A DNA stretch of 64,000 nucleotides, taken from Candidatus Bathyarchaeota archaeon. Its GTDB lineage: Archaea > Thermoproteota > Bathyarchaeia > Bathyarchaeales > Bathycorpusculaceae. The stretch is from the NCBI GenBank assembly GCA_963707955.1, contig OY970176.1:544001-608000 (forward strand). Reading direction: 5' to 3'. The notes beneath the pieces were generated by a model. It did not search any database, had not been told where the DNA came from, and was given only the letters and a program-made list of their open reading frames with translations. Shown one piece after another: positions 37,850-48,783 of this stretch (position 1 is the stretch's first letter; each line of letters opens with the position of its first letter). The translations under genes and the position numbers were made by a program.

Positions 37850-38872
37850 TCACGTCTTGTCGAGACTATTTCTCCTGTCAACAAGGTCTAAGGCGTCGGG
37901 TCCAGTCCCTATAAATGCAACTTGGACTCCTGTTTCTTTTTCAATTCTGCTCACGAATAGTCTTGCCTCTCTTGGAACTTCCTCGTATGACCTTGCACCC
38001 TTACACTCTGGGTACACGCAGTCTAGCTTAGTCAACGCAATCTGAGTTGCCCCATCGATCATCACAGACCTCTTGGCAATTTCAAAGTCGAAGGGTGCTG
38101 CGCGTCTGTCTCGTCCAGTTCCTGCCGCCGTCTCAAACCATCCTCGCTTCAACGCCTCCTCTTTTGATATCTCTCCTGGCAGAGGTCCTGTCCCCACGCG
38201 GGTCATGAAGGATTTCAGAACTAACAAGACATCATCGACTCTTGTTGGGCCTACACCCGCTTCTGAACATATCGCAGCAGCACTCGTATCTCTACTTGTG
38301 ACGTATGGGTATGTCCCATGGAACACAGAGAGCAACAGCCCTTGGGTTCCTTCGAGCAAAACCTTCTTCTGCTTGTTCAGTGCATCGTTGATTTCCGACG
38401 CCGCGTCTGCGAGGTAAGGCTTCAGTTCTGAAATATCTCTCGCAAGCTTGGCAGTCCTACGCACACGCTCTTCAACCGCCGGGCCGACACCCCAGCCCGT
38501 TGTGCCTAGACTCTTGAGGTGCGCGCTTGTCTTGTCCTGGGTCGAGTGCTTCTCCTCTATTATGGATCCTTGGCTGTCAACCCCTATGCGGTTCTTCACG
38601 TTGGTCTCTTCAACTTCTTTCAGAAACTGTTCAACGTGAATGTTTGCGCCTGGCCCTATTAGCAGCTGACATTTCTCGTTGACGAAACCTCCTGGAACCA
38701 TGTGTAACGCGTAGCGTTTGCCCTTGTACCAGATGGTGTGGGCAGCGTTCACCGATCCTGTTCTGACGCAGAAGTCAATCTTGTCTTTGAGTGCCAAATA
38801 AGATATTATTTTGCCTTTACCCTCATCTCCCCAGAAGCCGCCGGCTACAACTGTACAAGGCATTTTTTTCAC
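37850..38872 (-). CDS. purA: Adenylosuccinate synthetase (short archaeal form)
   Basis: WGDEGKGK, LEGTQG and GTYPYVTS motifs. Confidence 0.96.
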   Translation of the reverse strand: MKKMPCTVVAGGFWGDEGKGKIISYLALKDKIDFCVRTGSVNAAHTIWYKGKRYALHMVPGGFVNEKCQLLIGPGANIHVEQFLKEVEETNVKNRIGVDSQGSIIEEKHSTQDKTSAHLKSLGTTGWGVGPAVEERVRRTAKLARDISELKPYLADAASEINDALNKQKKVLLEGTQGLLLSVFHGTYPYVTSRDTSAAAICSEAGVGPTRVDDVLLVLKSFMTRVGTGPLPGEISKEEALKRGWFETAAGTGRDRRAAPFDFEIAKRSVMIDGATQIALTKLDCVYPECKGARSYEEVPREARLFVSRIEKETGVQVAFIGTGPDALDLVDRRNSLDKT

Positions 38873-38934
38873 CGATCAGAGAATTTGCGTGGCTTTATTT
38901 AACGTTGTTTGCCGGTTTGATGTTAAAAGAACAG

Positions 38935-39327
38935 CTATGATCCCTGGCGCTGTTTGCGACTTGCAGCTTCAAGGTCTATCCTTCGCAGAAGCTCACCAAC
39001 CTTCTCGCCTTTTCTTCTCAACTCCATCTTTGAAACGGTTCGGCCCATCGGGCACAGTTCATCCACGACCGCTACGTTTTCTTCGCTGTAGACCACAGGG
39101 TACACGCGGCACCCCAACGGCCTAGACTTATAGGTTTTGCAGCATCGCCTTTCAACATCATAGAAAACACAGTGGCCCCCGCGATTTCGAAGCATCGCAT
39201 AACCATGCCTGTCATATCGCACAAACCTTTCGCTGCTGTAACCTGCCTTCATCAAGAGCCGCACGTCCTCTTCAGAAAGCAACATTTGAGTTTCTTCGCA
39301 GCATATTCCACAGTACGAACAACGCAT
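38935..39327 (-). CDS. YkgJ-family Cys-cluster protein
   Basis: CSYCGICC...CVF...C..Y..RPLGCRVYP. Confidence 0.88.
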   Translation of the reverse strand: MRCSYCGICCEETQMLLSEEDVRLLMKAGYSSERFVRYDRHGYAMLRNRGGHCVFYDVERRCCKTYKSRPLGCRVYPVVYSEENVAVVDELCPMGRTVSKMELRRKGEKVGELLRRIDLEAASRKQRQGS

Positions 39328-39382
39328 GAAGGCTCTATAAGCCAGGCTTTTCTAATCTACGTTTCGACTACTTTCTGCTTCT

Positions 39383-39622
39383 CTAACCGCCAGTTAGGAT
39401 CAAGTTCAGGTTCAGCAATTCTGCCCATGCTATGTTTTTCATGGACACTCTCAAAGTGGTTCTGTTGCCATATGGAACGCACGTGACAAAGTTCTCTCTT
39501 CTGAATTCGTCCTTCATGATCCCTGCTAGCTGAACGTTTATTATGACAGAACCGTCTTTCAAGTGTAGGTTAACGTTTCTTCCGAGAAAAGACCTTGCCG
39601 TGTTCAGACTGAAACCTTCCAT
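39383..39622 (-). CDS. Small Sm-like hypothetical protein
   Basis: FLGRNVNLHLKDGSVIINV. Confidence 0.6.
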   Translation of the reverse strand: MEGFSLNTARSFLGRNVNLHLKDGSVIINVQLAGIMKDEFRRENFVTCVPYGNRTTLRVSMKNIAWAELLNLNLILTGG

Positions 39623-40129
39623 TTTCTCACCATTCGAAATCGCGCTCTGCCAGTTTGCTCCAGCAGCGCCGGCAAATCGGCAGCCTTTCTCCTTTGAAGA
39701 AAATGTAGACTTCAATGTCATGATTCCTGCACTCTCCATCCCAAGGGTTTTTGCAACGTTCCATGAGAGCACCTCTTCAGCATCTGGACACTCGCTGTTT
39801 TCGCTTTTAAGCTTCGCTTCGAAACAACACTAGCCGCCCGAAGAGAGATGAGTTAAAATGATGCCGTCTGAACTGCGTGGAAGCACATTGCATAACGGTT
39901 ACTGACCTGATTGAAGACTAACTTTGATTAAGGAGAAAACTGTGGAAAGTCAATTATTGTAGCGGCAGGTGCACGTTCCGATTTTTTTAGCAGAAAACTC
40001 GCTGCTGGGGTTACGGGTTTGATTATGCAGAAATCTTTTAAACAGTTGATTCCAGATTTGAACGTGGCAATGAGGTGAGAGAAGACAGTGTGCAAGTCTG
40101 CTAGCAGGACTTGGGAGGCTGAGTAGCAT

Positions 40130-40567
40130 ATGGGTTTGTTTAATCCGAACGCTTATTTTCTGTCTGACGTGAATTTGCTTCTCCAGTTGGCAATTTTGGT
40201 CGTCCTGATTCTGGCGGTCTTTTTCAAGGCTAGGCAGAGTTATCTGAGGCATGGTGCACTGATGGGAATTGCTGTTACCTTGCACACGGTTTTGATATTT
40301 TCCATAATGGTTCCCTCATTTGCGTCGCTTGTGGGCTCGTTTGGAAATCTGCTTTGGTCATCTGCGTTGGTGATCCTATTGCATGCGGTTCTCGGAAGTC
40401 TAGTGGAATTACTCGGGCTGTATCTGGTCCTAGCATGGGCGCTGAATCGCTGGAATGTCAAAGTCTGCTTTGGAAACAAGAGATTCATGAAGCCCACGAT
40501 CATCCTGTGGTTGATAGAAATAGCACTTGGCACGTATGTGTACGTCTTGCTTTACGTGCCATTGTAG
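40130..40567 (+). CDS. DUF420-like four-TM membrane protein
   Basis: Four TMs with conserved His residues. Confidence 0.65.
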   Translation: MGLFNPNAYFLSDVNLLLQLAILVVLILAVFFKARQSYLRHGALMGIAVTLHTVLIFSIMVPSFASLVGSFGNLLWSSALVILLHAVLGSLVELLGLYLVLAWALNRWNVKVCFGNKRFMKPTIILWLIEIALGTYVYVLLYVPL

Positions 40568-40607
40568 CACAGTTTAGGCTGAGGTGGGTTTCGAGTTGGT
40601 CTGTTCC

Positions 40608-41149
40608 CTAGATCTGGATTAGTTCGGGCACTATTCTTTCTTTTGTTACCCTTAGCAAGGCAACGCTGGGCTTAGCTATGAATGAAGGAAGAGGGTTCGT
40701 TGGGCTTCCAGGGTTTATGAACAAGATGTCGCCGTTCCATTTCATGCTTGAATTATGCGTGTGCCCATAGACCAGAACGTCGAAACCGTTCAGCTTGGCG
40801 ATTTCACGCGCTTTTCTGATCCCGAAAAGTGTGCCAGGGTCATGAATAACGCCGATCCTCCAGTTGAACACTTTGAAGGAGTTCAACTTCTGAAGCCCCC
40901 CACGAACTTCTGGCCCATCCATGTTGCCATAAACAGCCAAGACTGGAGCAAGCTTTCCAAGTCGTCAATGACTGGCAACTCAACAAGGTCGCCTGCGTGA
41001 ACGATGTAATCCACGTCTTCAAAAACCTTGAAGACCGCTTTGGGGATCTCTCGTGCCCGAACGGGCACGTGCGTGTCGGATATTAGGCCAACGACCTTGC
41101 CTGAGCTTTCCTGCAACTTGGGAAGAATTTGGTCTTGCTGGCTGACCAT
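40608..41149 (-). CDS. YfcE/MJ0936-type metallophosphoesterase (frameshift near 40955)
   Basis: ISDTH and HAGD in one frame; GN, GHTH and NPGS in the next. Confidence 0.88.
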
Positions 41150-41313
41150 TCACTTGCACTTCCATGTGGCCTCTGACAGCTCACCGGAACGAGTTTGAGT
41201 GTGAATTAAGCATTCAGAACTTGGATATTAAGGCTTGAGGCGCAACCCGATTTTTTGGCAAACTAATAAGTAACCTGAAAAGCTATGCCTTTAGCAACTG
41301 GTGCAACGGTCAG

Positions 41314-42675
41314 ATGTATGGCGCTGAATTGTTAGAAGAAACAAGAGAAGAAGTGACGGCTCTTCTTAGAGATCTGATCCGCATCGACACGACTAACCCG
41401 CCGGGAAACGAAATCAAAGCTGCAGAATATTTGGCCGGAACGCTGGAAGAGGACGGTTTCAAGTGTGAGCTCTTTGAGTCCAAACCAAGAAGAGGCAGCT
41501 TGATAACGCGTATGAAAGGAAGCGGCAAAGGACCGAGCCTTCTGCTTCTCTCACACTTGGATGTGGTTCCTGCAAATCCAAAGGAATGGAGTGTAGACCC
41601 CTTTGCCGGCATAGCCAAGGATGGCTTCGTCTGGGGACGCGGTGCACTGGACATGAAGTCCATGACTGCTGTCGAAGTTATGGTCATGAAGCTCCTGAAG
41701 AAAAAGCGCGCCCAGTTGAAGGGTGACATCATACTCGCTGCAACAGCAGATGAGGAAAAAGGCGGAGAAGAAGGAGTTGGCTGGCTGACGCGCAAACATC
41801 CAAAGAAAATTCGAGCAGACTACGTGATAAACGAGGGAGGAGGCCTAGCAATAACTGTGAACGGCAAAAGCGTTTACACAGTTCAAACAGCGGAGAAAGG
41901 AATCTTGTGGTTTAAGGTCAAGGCAAAAGGCACTCCGGGACACGGCTCGATACCAGGAGCATCGGACAACGCCATTGTACGAATGAATAGCGTCGTTGGT
42001 AAGCTTGAAAGATACCGCTCAAAAATCTCGTTAACGCCCACTGTTAGACAGTTCTTGGCCGAAATGGCAAAAGAGCACAAGACGGCAAGGAAGACTTATA
42101 CCAAGATTCTTGAGAATCCCGCTACTGCTGATTCCGTTTTGGATGAACTTGCTAAGAAAGACAGAATTTTGGCTGAAGAGATACGGGCAAAACTCAGGAT
42201 GACGGTGACTCCCACCATGATTCACGGCGGAGTCAAAGAAAACATAATCCCGTCAGAATGCGAAGCTGTCTTTGACTGCAGAGTCTTGCCAAGCCAGACC
42301 ACTGCAGACGCTATGGACAAAATCAGGATCTTGCTCAAGAGCGTGGGCCTTGAAAAGTTGGAGTTTGAGATAATCCAGGCCAATGAGCCCTCAGAGTCAC
42401 CTCTGGATACCGTGCTGTATCGAGAGATCGTGAGTGCTCTGCACGAATTCGACGCTGATTGCGCCGTTGCGCCAGACATGCTGACCGGTGGAACTGACTC
42501 TCGATTTCTCAGAAAGCTGGGTGCCGTGTGTTACGGTTTTCAGCCTATGCGCGCAGACATGTCCTACGGAGAAATGAAGAGTGGAATACACGGCGTTGAT
42601 GAGAGGATCTCGATCGATAACCTTGTGTTCGGAACGAGCGTCTTGTACACTGTAGTTAAGAGGTTCATGACCTAG
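41314..42675 (+). CDS. M20-family metallopeptidase/deacylase
   Basis: SHLDVV, GRGALDMK, ADEE, GGTD and HGVDE motifs. Confidence 0.92.
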   Translation: MYGAELLEETREEVTALLRDLIRIDTTNPPGNEIKAAEYLAGTLEEDGFKCELFESKPRRGSLITRMKGSGKGPSLLLLSHLDVVPANPKEWSVDPFAGIAKDGFVWGRGALDMKSMTAVEVMVMKLLKKKRAQLKGDIILAATADEEKGGEEGVGWLTRKHPKKIRADYVINEGGGLAITVNGKSVYTVQTAEKGILWFKVKAKGTPGHGSIPGASDNAIVRMNSVVGKLERYRSKISLTPTVRQFLAEMAKEHKTARKTYTKILENPATADSVLDELAKKDRILAEEIRAKLRMTVTPTMIHGGVKENIIPSECEAVFDCRVLPSQTTADAMDKIRILLKSVGLEKLEFEIIQANEPSESPLDTVLYREIVSALHEFDADCAVAPDMLTGGTDSRFLRKLGAVCYGFQPMRADMSYGEMKSGIHGVDERISIDNLVFGTSVLYTVVKRFMT

Positions 42676-42729
42676 AGTGAACACATAAATACGGTTCAGT
42701 GCCAATCATATGATTCTGTAGGAGAACCT

Positions 42730-43023
42730 GTGATGCCCGCGATAGAGGTTGGCAGAATATGCGTCAAGGTTTCGGGACGCGAGGCCGGAAGAAAATGTGT
42801 GATAGTTGACGTAGTTGACAAAAGTTTTGTGTTGATAACTGGACCGAAAAAAGTGACTGGGATCAGAAGGCGTCGGGCAAACGTCAACCACGTTGAACCT
42901 TTGCAGGACAGGGTGGAGATCAAGCGTGGAGCCTCCGATGAAGAGATTTCGGAAGCACTGAAAGCTTCTGACAAGCTAGACATGATGGCGAAAGAGGTAA
43001 AACCTCTCCTAACGCCGAAGTAG
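42730..43023 (+). CDS. rpl14e: 50S ribosomal protein L14e
   Basis: IEVGRICVKVSGREAGRKCVIVD. Confidence 0.96.
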   Translation: MMPAIEVGRICVKVSGREAGRKCVIVDVVDKSFVLITGPKKVTGIRRRRANVNHVEPLQDRVEIKRGASDEEISEALKASDKLDMMAKEVKPLLTPK

Positions 43024-43156
43024 ACTAAACGGCCGCAGCCTGTGGGCACTTTTCCACAGAAATCGAAAAGTGCGAGGCAGGCAAGAAGCTGTGTTTCGCA
43101 TCTAAGCTCAAATACTTCAAACACTTTTTCTGTGTGCAAGGAGTGATATTGCCACT

Positions 43157-44189
43157 ATGCCTAGGACTGCTGCTCCATGGGAAGTTAAGCATGAGCTGCT
43201 TGTCAAAGCTGAGGACGAAACTGACCCGCGTTTTGGATGTAAGCCCGAAGAAAGGTCGGCTGAGGATTTGATGAAATACGGTGTGATCAACGTTGACAAA
43301 CCGGCCGGTCCGAGCAGCCACGAGGTTGCGGCGTGGGTTAAGCGCATCTTGAAGCAGGAGCATGTTGGTCACGGCGGGACTCTAGAGGCGAAGGCTTAGC
43401 CAGAGAAATCCCAAAGTGACCGGCGTTCTGCCCGTGACTCTAGGGGACGCCACGAAAGTTGTTCAGGCATTGCTCCACAGCGGGAAAGAGTACGTCTGCG
43501 TGATGAAGCTTCATAAAGACGTAAGCATAGAACAAATCAAGAAAGTTCTAGGCGAGTTTGAGGACAACATCTATCAGCGACCGCCTCTAAGGGCTTCGGT
43601 CAAACGTCAACTTCGAACCCGACGCATCTATTACCTGGACCTCCTCGAAACAGACGGACGCAAAGTCCTCTTCAGAACCGGATGCGAAGGCGGCACGTAC
43701 ATACGCAAGCTATGCTTTGACATCGGCGAAGTCTTGGGCTGCGGCGCACACATGCAGGAGCTGCGAAGAACTAGAGCCGGGCCGTTCGTTGAAAGAGACA
43801 GCGTGATCTTGCATGATGCTGCCTACAGTTTCATGATGTGGCAGGAAAAGAACGATGAAACATATCTAAGACGGTTTATTCAGCCGATGGAGCGAGCCTT
43901 GGACATGATTCCAAAGGTTCATATTCGGGACTCAGCAGTGGACGCACTGTGTCACGGTGCAAACCTGACTGCTCCAGGGGTCTTATCGTTTGAGAGCAGT
44001 GTTAAAGCAGGTTCAATGATTGCTGTTCTAACCTTGAAAGATGAGGCCGTTTGCTTGAGCAGAGCTGTCGTCGACGGGAGCCAGGTCTTGAATATGGAGC
44101 ACGGATTTGTCGCGAAGACTGATAGAGTGCTCATGCCCAGAGGTACGTATCCAAAACGCTGGAAGAGCGGTTTGAAAAAAGATGAGTGA
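43157..44189 (+). CDS. cbf5: H/ACA pseudouridine synthase Cbf5; exons 43157-43385 and 43408-44189
   Basis: DKPAGPSSH; splicing restores GHGGTLDPKVTG; C-terminal PUA domain. Confidence 0.95.
43386..43407 (+). other. 22-nt BHB mRNA intron in cbf5
   Basis: GGGA-CTCT-AG^A-GGC...GCC-AGAG-AA^A-TCCC forms a perfect bulge-helix-bulge. Confidence 0.92.
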
Positions 44190-44799
44190 GGAGAACAAGA
44201 GTACAGAGCATTACTTTGTAGAACACCCAAGGTCAAGGGCAACGTTTGGGCTGGTCTGCACCTACCTGCGGGGAAGACCTTTCGAGTTCCTGACAGCCTC
44301 GGGCATATTTTCAAGGAGCCGAATCGACCTGGGTACAAGGCTGCTAATCGAATGCATGGTGCTTCCTGAAAACGGTTACGTGCTGGACATCGGATGTGGC
44401 TACGGACCCGTCGGCATTGCAGCAGCGGCTTTCAACCCAAAACTGCACGTGGTGCTGGCCGACGTTAACAGCCGAGCAGTATGGCTGGCAAGGCAGAACG
44501 TTGAGAAGAACCGTGTCGGCAATGCGGAGGTAAGGCGGGGCAACTTGTACGAACCTGTTCAGGAGCTGCTTTTCGACTGTGTGCTTTCGAACCCGCCTGT
44601 GAGTGCAGGACTGAAGACTGTTAGGGCGATAATCTGTGAAGCGCCAAAGCATATGCTGAACAAAGGCACTTTTCAAATGGTCGTCAGATCCAAGGTTGGC
44701 GGCAGACGATTCTGCAGCTTTTTCGAGGAGGCTTTTGGAAATGTTGAGGTTTCGGCACGCGAAAGCGGCTATCGGGTCTTAATGTCGCACAAACATTAA
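44182..44799 (+). CDS. RsmC-like class I methyltransferase
   Basis: IDLGTRLL, LDIGCGYG and SNPP motifs. Confidence 0.9.
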   Translation: MSEENKSTEHYFVEHPRSRATFGLVCTYLRGRPFEFLTASGIFSRSRIDLGTRLLIECMVLPENGYVLDIGCGYGPVGIAAAAFNPKLHVVLADVNSRAVWLARQNVEKNRVGNAEVRRGNLYEPVQELLFDCVLSNPPVSAGLKTVRAIICEAPKHMLNKGTFQMVVRSKVGGRRFCSFFEEAFGNVEVSARESGYRVLMSHKH

Positions 44800-45033
44800 G
44801 GTCGATCGTCTAAGCGACTAGAAAACCTATTATAAACTAGAAGCTTGAGTATGATTTGCTGGGTTTGAGTCGGGGTCTCTTAGCCAAGTATAGTGCGCGC
44901 GCTTATCTTAGGCTCTTTCCTCTGTTTCGTTTATCGTCATGCGCAGGAATTTGGGTCTAATTGTGGAAAATCCTTTAATCCTACTGAACCTTTATAGGCA
45001 AGACTTAGAATACTGGAAATAAAAGGTGTACTG

Positions 45034-46002
45034 ATGGATATCTGGAAGCTCCGTTTGTCCATGGCTGGGACGCTTGCCCTAATAATAGGTCTGTCAACGT
45101 TGTTTTTCACGGTTATTCTGAGCTTGACAGCATCCTTCGATCTCTTAACCTTGGGCGTATTGGTCGGGGTGTTTAACATTGTCATGTGGCTTATTTCACC
45201 CTATTTGATTGGTGCAATGTACCGCGTTCGTGCGATGTCTGCAACTGAGCAGCCACAACTTCACGAAGTTGTCGCTGATCTCAGCAAAAAATGCAACATA
45301 AAGACACCAAGGCTAATGCTGGCGCAGATCCCACTGCCGAACGCTTTTGCTTACGGTTCACCGATAGCGGGAACCCGGATTGCGGTCACGAGCGGACTTT
45401 TGACGACCTTGAATGACGGTGAAGTTGCAGCTGTGATTGGACACGAACTTGGACATTTGAGACACAGAGACGTGGAGATAATGATGTTCGTTTCATTGTT
45501 GCCCGCCGTAGCCTACTACATAGGTTTTTCCCTCATGCTCTCAGGCATGTTTGGAGGAAATCAAAAGAATTCAGGTAGCGGTGCGGCGCTGGGCATGGTC
45601 TTTATGGCTTTTTCGTTCATAATGAACCTGTTTATACTCAATCTCAGTAGACTCCGCGAGTACTACGCTGACAGAAACAGCGCATCAATCGTCGATGGGG
45701 GATCACAGAAACTCTCGACTGGACTGGCAAAAATAGTTAATGCAAGCAAAAACATGGGTAGGATGGGTAGGACGAGACAGCAAGCGAGGAACCAGAATGC
45801 ATTCAAGGCGTTGTTCATCACCGACCCTGACCACGCAAACGTCGACTCTGCTGAATTGTCCGCAATGTCAGCCGGAGACAGTCAAAAACTGGTCCAGGAG
45901 ATATTGTCAAAGAAGCTGACAACGGCCGATCGGATTCAAGAAGTTTTCTCGACGCATCCCAACATAATTAAGCGACTAAGAGCCTTGCAAGAACTTTCCT
46001 AA
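45034..46002 (+). CDS. htpX: Membrane zinc protease HtpX
   Basis: PNAFA, HELGH, SRLREYYAD and STHP motifs. Confidence 0.93.
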   Translation: MDIWKLRLSMAGTLALIIGLSTLFFTVILSLTASFDLLTLGVLVGVFNIVMWLISPYLIGAMYRVRAMSATEQPQLHEVVADLSKKCNIKTPRLMLAQIPLPNAFAYGSPIAGTRIAVTSGLLTTLNDGEVAAVIGHELGHLRHRDVEIMMFVSLLPAVAYYIGFSLMLSGMFGGNQKNSGSGAALGMVFMAFSFIMNLFILNLSRLREYYADRNSASIVDGGSQKLSTGLAKIVNASKNMGRMGRTRQQARNQNAFKALFITDPDHANVDSAELSAMSAGDSQKLVQEILSKKLTTADRIQEVFSTHPNIIKRLRALQELS

Positions 46003-46498
46003 ACACCCACGCTGATTCTCCACGTTATGCACAACCGTCGGACTCGAACCTCGTATTTCTGGCGCATGCCAATTTGGGAGTCATTATGGAAAACACCTAT
46101 ATGCCCTTCTAATCGCCTGTGAATGCGAGGCATACGTAAACTTCATTTGCAAGTAATGATGTGAAGGAAGGATGATGATGAAAGCCGGAAAGACTTTTAT
46201 CCCCAAACCATTCTACGCTTATCCCTTTACCGTTACTTCCCCTTCCTTCCCCTTCTCCTTCTCTCTCTTTGACTGTTAACTATTACACACAATTACAATT
46301 ACATACACACAGAGACAGACAGACACAGCGCGCACATACACACGTGTTTTGAAACACACGTGTTTTGAAGAAACCTTCGCTTGTGCGTGCGAAATTAGGT
46401 CTAATTCTGGTAAAAAGTTTTATATGTTGGCATAATTTCTTAGGGCGTGTGGAAAAACGTATGGACAAGTTGTACTGTGGCAGAAATTTGATTGTTCA

Positions 46499-47758
46499 AT
46501 GGAGAAGGTGAAAATGAAAAACGTGTCTGTAGTGATGATTGTGGGCATTCTGTGTTTGTCGATGTTTGGGGTGCTTACGTTGAACGTGAGAGCCCAGTCT
46601 GGCGTTGACTGGTGGACTGAATTTCATCATGATTCGACGCTCACTGGCGCTTCAAATTCAACTGCGCCTCTTACGAACCAAACAGCTTGGAGCTACGCGA
46701 CTGGTTCCTCTGTTTATTCTCCTCCTACCGTTGATAATGGCATCGTGTACGTGGGCTCAGAGAATGACAACGTTTATGCTTTAAACGCTTCAACGGGTAG
46801 CGGGATCTGGAGCTTTACGACAGGTTACACTGTGGAGTCTTCACCTGCTGTTGCAGGGGGCATGGTTTTTGTAGGCTCAGACGACTACTACGTGTATGCT
46901 TTGAACAGTTTAACTGGCGCGTCTGTGTGGACCTACCTAACACGGGGGGCGGTGGAGTCTTCACCTGCTGTTGCAGGGGGCATGGTTTTTGTAGGCTCTG
47001 TTGATGGCAACGTTTATGCTTTAAACGAGAACACGGGCACTCTGGTGTGGAATTTCACGACTGGCGGCGGGGTGTATTCTTCTCCAGCCGTTTCTGGCGG
47101 CGCGGTGTATGTGGGTTCGGCTGACTATAACGTTTATGCTTTGAACGAGACCACGGGCAGCGAGATGTGGAACTTTACGACGCAACAGCATGTGGAGTCT
47201 TCACCTGCTGTTGCAGGGGGCATGGTTTTTGTAGGCTCAGAGGATGGCAGGGTTTACGGTTTGAACGCTTCAACGGGCACTCTCGTGTGGAAGTACACGA
47301 CAGACGCTGGCGTATACTCTTCTCCAGCTGTTGCTAATGGCATCGTATACGTCGGCTCCCTTGATAGCAGCGTTTATGCTTTGAACGCTGCGACGGGCGC
47401 GTACCTGTGGAGTTTCATGACAGGCGGCCCTGTGTATTCTTCCCCAGCCGTTGCTGAGAACACGGTGTTCATAGGTTCAACGGACGACAATGTTTACGCC
47501 CTGGACGCTTCCACGGGCACGTACCTCTGGAGCTACACGACTGGTGACGCTGTATACTCTTCTCCCGCTGTCGCCAACGGCATCGTATACATCGGCTCCC
47601 TTGATGACAACGTGTACGCTTTCGGCCCTTCCAGTAGTAGCGGCTTCAATTGGAATTCTATAGAAGGATATGTGATTATCGCTGCAATAGCTATTATCCT
47701 AATAGCAGTAGTATTGTTAGTCATTTCTAGAATGGGTGGCAGAAAGGGCAAAATCTAG
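46499..47758 (+). CDS. PQQ-like beta-propeller repeat surface protein
   Basis: Signal peptide, about eight 40-aa SSPAV...GS.D..VYALNA.TG..W repeats, C-terminal TM. Confidence 0.9.
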   Translation: MEKVKMKNVSVVMIVGILCLSMFGVLTLNVRAQSGVDWWTEFHHDSTLTGASNSTAPLTNQTAWSYATGSSVYSPPTVDNGIVYVGSENDNVYALNASTGSGIWSFTTGYTVESSPAVAGGMVFVGSDDYYVYALNSLTGASVWTYLTRGAVESSPAVAGGMVFVGSVDGNVYALNENTGTLVWNFTTGGGVYSSPAVSGGAVYVGSADYNVYALNETTGSEMWNFTTQQHVESSPAVAGGMVFVGSEDGRVYGLNASTGTLVWKYTTDAGVYSSPAVANGIVYVGSLDSSVYALNAATGAYLWSFMTGGPVYSSPAVAENTVFIGSTDDNVYALDASTGTYLWSYTTGDAVYSSPAVANGIVYIGSLDDNVYAFGPSSSSGFNWNSIEGYVIIAAIAIILIAVVLLVISRMGGRKGKI

Positions 47759-48015
47759 CACGCGATGGAAGTCTACGTTTCTGTAAAGTTCGCTTCGCCA
47801 AGTGCACGATTCCAAATAGTCAAGCTCAAAATGGAACCGTTAGCTGAAACAGAAAGCGAGCCATTAAGCTTCGTGCAGATGCTGGCGCGTTGCATATACT
47901 TTTTGCATATGCGCTAGCGAGCGGTCTACTTGGTTAGGCAACACTGCAAGTGTGAGTTGACTCAGTGGACATGTTAAAACAAACGCTAGGCCTTCGGACC
48001 TTGGCTTGTAGAGCG

Positions 48016-48783
48016 CTAAACTTCTCTCCACCGTGCCTTGGTTTTTGCAACCATGAAAAGTATGACTGTTACAGCTATTAGGACACTCCAAGCGAGAACT
48101 ATCATCGCAAGTGGCAGCGACAGATAGCCAGCAGAACTCTGAGCTAACTCTGCTGCGTACGTGGTTGGGGAGAGGTAGGCCAGATATCTGAACGGAAGCG
48201 GGATGTAGGTAATGGGATAGTAAACAGGCGGTATCGTTGAGAAAAGCGTGGAAAGTAGCCGTGTGAACGCAAAGCTCTGGACTATGTCGCTGGAAAACGT
48301 TGAGAGCGTGTAGCCAACCGCCATTGAAGCAAAAAACATGAGGAGAAGCACTGCGATGAACTCTAGGACTCCAACGACGCTCAGTGCCACATAGTAGTGT
48401 GCTATCACGGCGAGCACGGTTAGCGCGGGAATGGAGTAGACGATCTCTGAGATGGCGATTCCAATCATGTAGGTCAGCCAAGTGGTTGGAGAACTGACCA
48501 CCATGTCTTGCAGCTTGAAATCGTTCTTCAGGTGCGAAAGGTCGGCTTGTAGGGACATGCCGCTTGAGAACATGCTCATTATGAACCCGCCTTCCACTGC
48601 CTCTCCTATGAGGCTACCGCGGCTTACGAACACTATGAGGACTAGGAACGAGAGGGGGGACAGAACCGTGTTGATTAGGACGATCGGGTAGTTCCTCATT
48701 TCATACAATGCGTTAACAAGTATCGCGGCCAGAAACTCGCTGAACCTACTCCTCTTCTGCATCGCGCTCTTCTTGAATGCCAA
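48016..48783 (-). CDS. ABC-2 transporter permease
   Basis: Six TMs, PVYYP...LSPTTY. Confidence 0.88.
   Translation of the reverse strand: MAFKKSAMQKRSRFSEFLAAILVNALYEMRNYPIVLINTVLSPLSFLVLIVFVSRGSLIGEAVEGGFIMSMFSSGMSLQADLSHLKNDFKLQDMVVSSPTTWLTYMIGIAISEIVYSIPALTVLAVIAHYYVALSVVGVLEFIAVLLLMFFASMAVGYTLSTFSSDIVQSFAFTRLLSTLFSTIPPVYYPITYIPLPFRYLAYLSPTTYAAELAQSSAGYLSLPLAMIVLAWSVLIAVTVILFMVAKTKARWREV

Noticed and set aside
46720-47620. Near-identical DNA repeats such as GTGGAGTCTTCACCTGCTGTTGCAGGGGGCATGG, resembling a CRISPR or DGR array
   Set aside because: They follow the 120-bp period of the coding beta-propeller blades; no cas or reverse transcriptase gene is present.
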